Source of the DNA: Octopus sinensis
Taxonomy: Eukaryota
Length of the DNA: 10,777 nt
Direction: 5' to 3'
NCBI RefSeq assembly: GCF_006345805.1
Contig: NW_021827477.1
Coordinates: 1 to 10,777, forward strand
A model generated the notes under the pieces. That model made no database searches. It was not told the origin of the DNA and saw only the letters and a program-made list of their open reading frames with translations. Positions 1 to 8,896 of this stretch are shown here, one piece after another. Each line of letters starts with the position of its first letter. The stretch's first letter is position 1. Both the position numbers and the translations under genes were made by a program.

Positions 1-83
1 GCGGTGGTAGTCATCGTGGTGGAGGTGTTGGTGGTGGGGGTGGTGGTGGGGTGGTGGTGGTGGTGGTGGTGGTGATGATGATG
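1..83. repeat. degenerate (GGT)n/(GAT)n microsatellite
   Basis: GGT triplet runs grading into GAT, read directly. Confidence 0.9.
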
Positions 84-144
84 GACGATTAAAAAGCGGT
101 TTCAAAACATCAGTTGTCTATTCTGTGCAGCAAAGTTACGAATT

Positions 145-298
145 ATACATACATACTTACACACATACACAGATACATGCATACATGCATACATACATAC
201 ATACATACATACATACATACATACATACATACATAAATACATACATACATACATATATACATACATACATACATACATACATACATGCATACATACAT
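145..298. repeat. (ACAT)n tetranucleotide microsatellite
   Basis: Near-perfect TACA/ACAT tandem run; source of the YIHT/MYVC pseudo-ORFs. Confidence 0.97.
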
Positions 299-568
299 TC
301 AAGCATAAATACGTACATAACTCTATAGCCTTCATACAAACACATAGGTTACCATTCACATACTATCTAAACCACCCTTCTCTCTGCCTCCTATCTTCCA
401 CTTCTACCACTATGACTCCTTACTCACATCATTAATAACCCCGAACCCTGAAATTTATGTTCTCCTCCCACAACTCTCTGTCTAAATACCTCCCAACTCT
501 TCCTTCTAATACACTTAGTCCTCCACAAAATCATTCCTTTCTTTCAACACCTCAAGTATAACACTTCT

Positions 569-659
569 TCCCTGAAGACGGAGGCCGGTATTATCCGATG
601 ATGGAATCAATTTACAATCGCTATTTTAGACCACCAAGCCCCCAGAAACAGCTGTTGGA
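569..659 (+). ncRNA. degenerate minimal type I hammerhead ribozyme-like motif (Penelope-like element/retrozyme type)
   Basis: Stem I TCC(569-571)/GGA(657-659); CTGAAGA core 572-578; stem II GGAGGC(580-585)/GCCCCC(638-643) with one internal mismatch and a C.A closing mismatch; GAAA 645-648; palindromic ACAGCTGT 648-655; NUH triplet GTT 654-656. Confidence 0.55.
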
Positions 660-844
660 TTTGTAAATCTCTTATTCAGCTCCTTTAATTCCTGATATCA
701 TTTCTATTCTATGCAAGTCAGACCTTTTGATATGTAATCATTTGAACATTTCTTGTACTAAATACCTTCATCACTTAGCATACATAAACCATCTGTTCCG
801 ACAAACATTCCTCGTTTCGTCACCGCTGCAAATAGCAAAATGTT

Positions 845-948
845 CCTTTGCAACGGCATGACTTCAGTGTTCAGTCCCATTGCTCTATACTTTCAGCAAT
901 GTCTTCTCCTGGTGCTCCGGGACGACAAATGCTTTGTCATTGAATTTG
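845..948 (+). mobile_element. highly diverged fragment of a tRNA-derived SINE
   Basis: B-box-like GTTCAGTCCC followed by GCAATGTCTTCT...CCGGGACGACAAATGCTTTGT, resembling from recall an abundant octopus SINE; ends where the next element begins. Confidence 0.45.
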
Positions 949-1164
949 GGGATGGGCTACTCGACCCCTAAGAAAATTCTAACTGGGTCCCACCTGCAAG
1001 GTGATGCGCTGTTAATCTTGATATGAAATCACCATGTCGCGCACATATGTTTGTGATATATGTACCTGGTGTACCCTTATCAGGCGGGTAGTCATGATGG
1101 GTATACTGTGCTTCGTATATTTTACTCCAGTGACACTTTGATGGCATGCACTGCTCCCTCACTC

Positions 1165-1165
<1 letters not shown>
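949..1165 (+). mobile_element. truncated copy 1 of ~560-bp (AAT)n-associated interspersed element
   Basis: Aligns end to end with 1637-1853 (both 217 bp; GGGATGG...ACTCA) and is followed by (AAT)n. Orientation inferred from the tail and truncation pattern. Confidence 0.88.
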
Positions 1166-1216
<51 letters not shown>

Positions 1217-1254
1217 TAATGATGATGATGATGATGATGATGATAATGATGATG

Positions 1255-1291
<37 letters not shown>

Positions 1292-1292
1292 T
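1166..1292. repeat. (AAT)n-(GAT)n-(AAT)n compound microsatellite
   Basis: Read directly; separates the two element copies. Confidence 0.97.
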
Positions 1293-1852
1293 AAATGCCC
1301 TGATGCAGTACCAGGCAGTGGCTCTCATGGCTTCTGATCTTAACTGATTGGAAGTGTTATCATGTACATTGTTTTGTCCTGGTATAAAAGATGGGCTACA
1401 GCAAATATTATGCTCAATACCACAGATTTGCTTGTCAGTTGTTTGACCTTAACCAGTTGAGCATGTCCCTTAGTGGCTGACGATATGTGCATCTCTGATC
1501 ACGAGCAGAAGTAGTAGAGGAGCATCATAGCCATGTGTTGAGAGCGGATTCTTTGGGGTTTGAATAATTCACCTCTGGAAACATGGGTGTTTCGTTCAAC
1601 ATCCTTAAGCAGCCCTTATTCAGGGACCTTTTGAGCGGGATGGTTTACTCGATCAGAAGAAAATTCTAACTGGGCCCCACCTGCGAGGTCATGTGCTGTT
1701 TATCTTGATATGAGATCACCATGTCGCGCACATATGATTGTGATGCATGTGCCTGGTGTGCCCTTATCAGACGTGTAGTCATGATGGGTATACTGGGCTT
1801 CGTATATTTTACCCCCAGTGTCACTTTGATGGCATGCACTGCTCTCTCACTC

Positions 1853-1853
<1 letters not shown>
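1293..1853 (+). mobile_element. longest copy (copy 2) of ~560-bp non-autonomous interspersed element, probably non-LTR retroelement-derived
   Basis: Three homologous copies in the window (949-1165, this one, inverted 5601-6210); flanked on both sides by (AAT)n; no credible ORF. Confidence 0.88.
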
Positions 1854-1937
<84 letters not shown>

Positions 1938-2072
1938 TAATGATAATAATGATGATGATGATCATGATCATGATGATGATCATGATCATGATGATGATCA
2001 TGATCATGATGATGATCATGATCATGATGATGATTATGATGATAATAATAATAATAATAGTAATAATAATAA
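1854..2072. repeat. (AAT)n/(GAT)n microsatellite containing four perfect 18-bp units ATCATGATCATGATGATG (1961-2032)
   Basis: Read directly. Confidence 0.95.
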
Positions 2073-2359
2073 TCGAAAGCATTTAAGCGAAAATTACGTT
2101 ATTTGTAATGCAATTATCCGAAGAGTTGTTCATAAATTTTATATTAAACGGTTCGTAGTTTCGAAAGTGATACAAATAAGCGTACAGAACACCAGTCCTG
2201 TATTCAATAAAGAGGAATTGACTGTTTATCTATTGAAGTCTACAGGTGTGGGTGTGAGTAGAAATGTGTGTGTGAGTGCGGGGGGTTTAAAAGGGTAATG
2301 CGTGCGGGATAAGGATGTAGGTTATGTATGAATAGATGATGTGTATATATGAGTAGATG

Positions 2360-2363
<4 letters not shown>

Positions 2364-2424
<61 letters not shown>
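2364..2424. repeat. (TA)n microsatellite
   Basis: Perfect TA run. Confidence 0.97.
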
Positions 2425-2434
<10 letters not shown>

Positions 2435-2712
2435 CAATGTATATACACAATGAAAGGTTAAGAGGTGTCAGAACTAAATGTATATACGTCTATATATATG
2501 TGTGTGTGGTGTATATAGATATAACCAGCTGCCTTTGAACAGTCTACAATAAGTGGTATAAGACTACTGGAGAACGCTTGTCTATATATTTCTACGTGTG
2601 TGGGTGGGTTTATACATACATACAAAAATATACACATAATTATAAGCATATATATATATATGTGTGTGTATGTGTGTAGTTATATATATATAGTAGGTGT
2701 GTATATATTTAT

Positions 2713-2746
<34 letters not shown>

Positions 2747-3142
2747 CATACATATTATATATATACATATATATATATACATTATATATATACATATATA
2801 TATATACATATATATATACATACATATATGCATATATATATATATATGCATATATATATATATGTATTATATATGTATATATATATGTATATATATATAT
2901 GTATATATATATATGTATATGTATATATATATACAATATATATATATGTTGTATGTATGTATGTATATATATATATATATGTATGGATGGATGGATGTAA
3001 ATGTACTTATACGCATACCACGCATAATGCATATATTTATAGAAATGTGTGTATGTGTGGTGTACTTAAACACATGAGCATATATAAATAGCTAGCTATA
3101 CACACACACTAGGACATACAGACAGATAGCTCAAATATATAC

Positions 3143-3189
<47 letters not shown>

Positions 3190-3496
3190 TATATATATAT
3201 ATATATATTGTATGTATGCAATGTATATACACAAGAAGGTTAAGAGAGGTGTCAGAACTAAATGTATATCACGTCTATATATATGTGTGTGTGGTGTATA
3301 TAGATATAACCAGCTGCCTTTTGAACAGTCTACAATAAGTGGTATAAGACTACTGGAGAACGCTTGTCATATATTTCTTACGTGTGTGGGTGGGTTATAC
3401 ATACATACAAAAATATACACACATAATTATAAGCATATATATAATATATGTGTGTGTATGTGGTGTATTATATTATATATATGTGTGTATATATTT

Positions 3497-3530
<34 letters not shown>

Positions 3531-3928
3531 CATACATATTATATATACATATTATATATACATATATATATATACATATATATATACATATATATATACA
3601 TACATATATGCATATATATATATATATGCATATATATATATATATGTATATATATATGTATATAGATATGTATATATATATATGTATATATATTATGTAT
3701 ATGTATATATATACATATATATATATATGTATGTATGTAGTATGTATTTATATATATATGTATGGTGGATGGATGGATGTAAATGTACTTATACGCATAC
3801 CACGCATAATGCATATATTTATAGAAATGTGTGTATGTGTGTGTACTTAACACATGAGCATATATAAATAGCTAGCTATACACACACACTAGGACATACA
3901 GACAGATAGCTCAAATATATACGTGTGT
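2425..3928. repeat. direct tandem duplication, period ~780 bp (copy A 2425-3148, copy B 3209-3928), TA-rich
   Basis: Shared non-repetitive anchors: GGTGTCAGAACTAAATG, AACAGTCTACAATAAGTGGTATAAGACTACTGGAGAACGCTTGTC, GGATGTAAATGTACTTATACGCATACCACGCATAATGC, GACAGATAGCTCAAATATATACGTGTGT. Confidence 0.95.
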
Positions 3929-4490
3929 TATATATATTTATATATATATATATATTAATATATATATATATATATATATATCGTGTGCATATGACGAAAA
4001 TATGAATTCCTTGACGCAATACCGTTATGTATGTACGCGTATATATTTGCCCATGTCACACTACAACGCGCAGTGGTTTCTCAGTGCGTTTGTGCTTGTG
4101 TGTATGTGTGTGTGTATGTGTGTGTGTGGTTGTGTGTGGGTATAGTGTGCGATTCTGTGATCGATCGTATTAATATATATATTATAGATATTAGCTATAT
4201 ATACTTTCACACCTCCTTATTTATATATATATATATATATATATCTATATATTATATATATAATATATATATATATATATATTGTAATATATATATAATA
4301 TGTGTGTGTGTTGTGTGTGTTGTGTGTTTTTTGTGTGTGTGTGTGTATCACATGTATATATATATATATATATATATGGTATATATATGTGTGTATATAT
4401 ATAATATATATATATATATATTATAATATATATATATATATATATATACACACACTTATATATAGATATTGATATAGATATATATACACA
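3929..4490. repeat. degenerate (TA)n/(TG)n low-complexity tract with short unique interludes
   Basis: Read directly. Confidence 0.85.
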
Positions 4491-4738
4491 CGTGTACTTA
4501 TACGTATATTTACGCTTTCTTGCGACCATTAGTACAAAAGCCCACCACACCCCCCGCCCACCTGCCCCCCCCCTACACGCCCCCCCCCCTAATTAAACAA
4601 AGCCTATATTAAGAACTAAACAGGTGCAAAAATCAGTGAATCACAATAAGAGAATTAATATCTGCGAGACTGGCTGCTATATTAAACTCGCACTTGTTTT
4701 GTGCCTTTTGTAAAAGAGAACCTTCCGAAGATATTGCA

Positions 4739-4819
4739 TAACAACAACAACTACAACTACAGCCACAACCACAACCACAACCCACAGAACATTGATCAAT
4801 GTCATTATTATTATTATTA

Positions 4820-4868
<49 letters not shown>

Positions 4869-5011
4869 CAGTCATTATTATTATTATTATATTATTATTA
4901 TTATTATTATTATATTATTATTAATTATTAATATTAATTATATTATTATTATTATTATTATCATTATATTATTATTATTATTATTATTATCATTATTATT
5001 ATCATTATCAT

Positions 5012-5047
<36 letters not shown>

Positions 5048-5110
5048 TTCATTGTCATTATTATTATTATCCTCATCATCATCATCATCATCATCATTAT
5101 TATTATTACC
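4739..5110. repeat. (ACA)n/(ACAACC)n followed by long (TTA)n/(TCA)n microsatellite
   Basis: Read directly. Confidence 0.95.
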
Positions 5111-5189
5111 ATTCTTTAACATTATTATCGTGGTTGTTATTATTCTTGTTTCTATTGCCAGCGTTGTTTTATAATTATTATTACTGTCT

Positions 5190-5236
5190 TACTACTACTA
5201 CTACTACTACTACTGCTACTACTACTGCTACCACTG

Positions 5237-5278
<42 letters not shown>
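5190..5278. repeat. (ACT)n microsatellite
   Basis: Read directly. Confidence 0.95.
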
Positions 5279-5310
5279 TTTTAATATTGTTGTTATTGCT
5301 ATTAGTAAAT

Positions 5311-5462
5311 TGGTGTCGTGCCAGAGTCACCAACGCATCTGACAAAATGCCTCGCAGTGTTTCTTTCGGTCTGAGTTCAAATCCCGCTGAGGTCAACTTT
5401 GCCTTTCGGCCATCTAAGATCGATTAATTAAGTACCAGTCAATTACTGAATTTGATGCATTT
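5311..5462 (+). mobile_element. old diverged copy of tRNA-derived SINE (same family as 5945-6172)
   Basis: CTGAGTTCAAATCCCGCTGAGGTCAACTTTGCCTTTC and TAAGTACCAGT match the reverse complement of 5945-6172; includes B box GTTCAAATCC. Confidence 0.8.
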
Positions 5463-5488
5463 AATGTTGCTGTTGTTGTTATTGTTAT

Positions 5489-5600
5489 GGCGGTGAGCTG
5501 TCAGAATTGTTAGCACGCCGGACAAAGTGCTTAGTCGCATTTCGTCCGACCTTGAGCTCTGCGTTCAAACTCCACCGAGGTCGATTTTATCTTTCATCCT
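5489..5600 (+). mobile_element. 3'-truncated tRNA-derived SINE (same family as 5945-6172)
   Basis: GGCGGTGAGCTGTCAGAATTGTTAGCACGCCGG...GTTCAAACTCCACCGAGGTCGA...CTTTCATCCT aligns to the 5' half of the minus-strand copy. Confidence 0.85.
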
Positions 5601-6210
5601 GATACTCCGGGTACAATTATACGAAGTCCAATATACCCACAATCATGACTACCCGTCTGATAAGGGTACACCAGACAAATGCATCACAACCATATGTACG
5701 CGACATGGCGATCTCATATCAAGATAAACAACGAATGGCTTTGCAGGTGGGACCCAGTTTGAATTTTCATCTGGTCGAGTAGCCCATCCCGCAGAAAAGG
5801 TCTGTGAATAAGAATTGTTTAAAGATGATGAACAAAACACCCATGTTTCCAAAGGTGAATTGTCCAAACCCCAAAGAATCCCTCTCAACACATGGCTATG
5901 ATGTTCCCCCACTACTTCTGCTCGTTATCAGAGGTACACATATCTGTTTCTTTATTGCCCACATGGGGCTAAACATAGAGGGGACAAACAAGGACAGACA
6001 AACGGATTAAGTCGATTACATCGACCCCAGTGCGTAACTGGTACTTATTTTATCGACCCCGAAAGGATGAAAGGCAAAGTCGACTTCGGCGGAATTTGAA
6101 CTCAGAACGCAACGACAGACGCAATACCGCTAAGCATTTCGCCCGGTGTGCTAACGTTTCTGCCAGCTCGCCTATCAGAGGTACACATATCGTCAGCCAC
6201 TAAGGGACAT
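5601..6210 (-). mobile_element. inverted, doubly truncated copy 3 of the ~560-bp element, interrupted by a SINE
   Basis: 5601-5944 and 6192-6210 are the reverse complement of ~1463-1823 (e.g. ATCATGACTACCCGTCTGATAAGGG, CAAACCCCAAAGAATCC, GTCAGCCACTAAGGGACAT). Confidence 0.9.
5945..6172 (-). mobile_element. near full-length tRNA-derived SINE (228 bp) with 19-bp target-site duplication
   Basis: Minus strand: A-box-like TGGCAGAAACG, B box GAGTTCAAATTCC, central GCCTTTCATCCTTTCGGGGTCGATAAAATAAGTACC, 3' AATAAAGAAACA. TSD TATCAGAGGTACACATATC at 5926-5944 and 6173-6191. Confidence 0.93.
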
Positions 6211-6266
6211 TAAAATATCGTCTGATATAATAATAATATTTCGGAATACAAAAATTCCTTCTTCAG

Positions 6267-6418
6267 ATGTCGCTAGGAATTGTTCGAGTCACTGCTACAA
6301 TCGGTTTTCCAACGGTTACTGAATTTTTTCCGGAAGCGTCTATGCAGGGTTCTCACGAAGCTCCTTCCGGAGTTCCTCATGAGAAGTGCGTGAGAGCGGC
6401 AATATCTCAAGCTCGTAT
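6267..6418 (+). CDS. candidate internal exon, product unknown
   Basis: Acceptor TTCCTTCTTCAG (6255-6266), donor AT|GTGAGT at 6419, balanced-GC unique sequence, one fully open frame (MSLGIVRVTATIGFPTVTEFFPEASMQGSHEAPSGVPHEKCVRAAISQAR). No recognisable domain. Confidence 0.25.
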
Positions 6419-6628
6419 GTGAGTGGGCTCATCCGCAGCGCTGCTTCTAGGTTATACGTGTAGTTTCTCTCCCTCACCTCTTTCTTTGTGTATTTTCATT
6501 GCATTTCACCGTTTTTTCTCCCATTTTTTCTCATTTCTTTTTACATAAACGCTCCTGCCACAAAATTTTTCACAGCCCTTGTGAATGTCACTTTCAGCCA
6601 TGTCTCTGTGGCTAATAAAACAAATCCA

Positions 6629-6863
6629 CTATCATCATCATCATCATCAACATCATCATCACTACCACCAACATCATCATCATCATCGTCATCGTCAACA
6701 TCATCACCACCACCACCACCAACAACAACATCATCATCAGCATCATCATCGTCATCGTCATCATCATCATCATCATCATCACCACCACCAACATCATCAT
6801 TATCATCGTCATCATCATCATCGTCATCATCATCATCACCACCACCGCCACCACCATCATCAC

Positions 6864-6896
<33 letters not shown>

Positions 6897-7024
6897 AATC
6901 ATCATCATCATCACCACCACCACCAACATCATCATCATCGTCATCGTCATCATCAACATCGTCATCATCATCACCACCACCACCACCATCATCATCATCA
7001 TCTTCATCATTATTATTATCATTA
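6629..7024. repeat. (CAT)n/(CAC)n/(CGT) compound trinucleotide microsatellite
   Basis: Read directly; yields poly-His/Ser/Asp/Met pseudo-ORFs in several frames. Confidence 0.95.
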
Positions 7025-7358
7025 TGAAACGTAGTCAATTATATTGACAACCACAACCACTCTGCCCTCCGCCTCACGTTCCCACCCTCCACCACACTCA
7101 GCTGCTTTTCTTCACCCTTGCCTTTCCCAATCCATCCGTTCCCCCCTCTATCCTTTCCATCCCCGACCACAGAACTGAGGATTAACCGAAGCCATTAATG
7201 AAGGAACTTTAATTTGTATCTTTTAATTCAATTTGTTTCGATTCTTTGTTTTTGATTTTTGCTTGTTTGCTTATGCCTTTGTTGAACTATCGTGGGTGTT
7301 GTGTGGCGTGCTGTGGCGTAAGGCAGGGTGGTGGGGCTATATGCTAATTAGGCGACGA

Positions 7359-7360
<2 letters not shown>

Positions 7361-7425
<65 letters not shown>

Positions 7426-7444
7426 CTCGCTCTCTCTCTCTCTC

Positions 7445-7498
<54 letters not shown>

Positions 7499-7500
7499 AT
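7361..7500. repeat. (TATC)n-(TC)n-(TA)n-(TG)n compound microsatellite
   Basis: Read directly. Confidence 0.95.
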
Positions 7501-7510
7501 ATTATATATA

Positions 7511-7618
7511 GGGGAGAATTCACAAAAAAACAACAACAAAAGACGAAGGCAGATGGTGTAGACAACACAGGTGTATTAGTTTAACGCTCGGGAAGTTATA
7601 TATATTATATTTATATAT

Positions 7619-7688
<70 letters not shown>

Positions 7689-7849
7689 AGTATTTGAATG
7701 AATTATCTTATTATGGATAATTCGGTTAACCGATACCTGGGTAGCAAATTCACGTCAGAAAAACACGGTTGAAGCTACATGCCAAGGGCAGAGATCACGT
7801 GCTTTCGTGTGGAAATTTGTGTTGTTTTTTAATACAAATAAATAAATAA

Positions 7850-7905
<56 letters not shown>

Positions 7906-8093
7906 ATATATATTATATATATATATATATATATAATTTTCTCTCCTTGTTTCTTTGTGTTCCTTTCTGTGGAACAGAGCGTAGGCTCGAAATATTAAAG
8001 ACATTTTCACTTCCCGAGAGTTAAACTAATACACCTGTTTGTGTTCTACACCATCTGCCTTCGTCTTTTGTTGTTTTTTTGTGAATTCTCCCC
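7511..8093. mobile_element. inverted-repeat structure (arms 7511-7596 and 8009-8093) in (TA)n; probable Penelope-like terminal-repeat remnants, or a MITE
   Basis: GGGGAGAATTCACAAAAAAA...GTGTATTAGTTTAACGCTCGGGAAGT is the reverse complement of ACTTCCCGAGAGTTAAACTAATACAC...GTGAATTCTCCCC with few differences; both outer ends abut TATATA. Confidence 0.8.
7963..8000 (+). ncRNA. degenerate minimal hammerhead ribozyme-like motif
   Basis: Stem I CTTT(7963-7966)/AAAG(7997-8000); altered core CTGTGGAACA; perfect stem II GAGC-GTAG-GCTC; GAAA 7989-7992; palindromic AATATT ending in NUH (ATT). Confidence 0.45.
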
Positions 8094-8448
8094 TATATAT
8101 ATATATATACACACACACACACATATATATATATATTGTACTATTTTTATATATAGATATATATTGTATACATGTACGTGTATATATATATATATATAAT
8201 ATATATATATTATTTATAATATATGTATGTAGATAGATTGATAGACATATATACAGATATTTATGTATCATGTATATTATATCAAATATATGCATAATGT
8301 ATATTTAAATGCAGTGAGAGCTATGAATGATTTCCGTGAGGTAGTGTGCCGAATGACATCGGTGTGTTTACTTCGCAAGTTGTGAAATTTGTGTTACTGT
8401 GATTTTTGTCATGGACATGAAGTTGGTACACAGAGACAGTGAGCGTTG

Positions 8449-8500
8449 CTCCCGCATGACCGCAGTCAAATGAGTGAAACAACTAAAAGAATAAAAGAAT
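8449..8500 (+). mobile_element. probable SINE 3'-tail fragment
   Basis: CCCGCATGACCGCAGTCAAATGAGTGAAACAAC followed by duplicated TAAAAGAA; resembles from recall the tail of an octopus SINE. Confidence 0.4.
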
Positions 8501-8523
8501 ACAAGAATTCATATATGTGTATA

Positions 8524-8896
8524 TGGAAGCACTTCGTCGGTTACGACGATGAGGGTTCCTGTTGATCCGATCAACGGAACAGCCTGCTCGTGAAATTAAC
8601 GTATAAGTGGCTGAGCACTCCACAGACACGTGTACCCTTAACGTAGTTCTCGGGGATATTCAGCGTGACACAGAGAGTGACAAGGCCGGCCCTTTGAAAT
8701 ACAGGTACAACAGAAACAGGAAGTAAGAGTGAGAGAAAGTTTGTGGTGAAAGAGTACAGCAGGATCACCACCATCTCTGCCGGAGCTCGGGGAGCTTTTA
8801 GGTGTTTTAGCTCAATAAACACTCACACGCCGGTCGGGAATCGAAACCGCGATCTACGACCGCGAGTGCGCTGCCCAACCACTGGGCCATTGCGCC
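8524..8896 (-). mobile_element. full-length tRNA-derived SINE (~370 bp), second family (possibly octopus OR-type)
   Basis: Minus strand begins GGCGCAATGGCCCAGTGGTT (A box TGGCCCAGTGG) and has B box GGTTTCGATTCCC; two hairpins at the 3' end; candidate TSD ATATGTGTATAT (8513-8524)/ACATGTGTATAT (8897-8908). Confidence 0.85.

Noticed and set aside
2525-2582. Possible hammerhead in the duplicated unit (AGTCT...AGACT stem, then GAGAACGCTTGTC)
   Set aside because: Neither CTGANGA nor GAAA is present and no stem I is evident.
2240-4550. Numerous YI/IY-rich ORFs
   Set aside because: Translations of (TA)n/(TG)n tracts.
6488-7038. Poly-His, poly-Ser and poly-Asp ORFs
   Set aside because: Open in several frames on both strands simply because CAT/CAC triplets lack stops; no unique coding flanks.
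8820-8896. tRNA gene on the minus strand
   Set aside because: A and B boxes are present, but there is no proper cloverleaf and it continues into a ~300-bp body; it is a SINE head.
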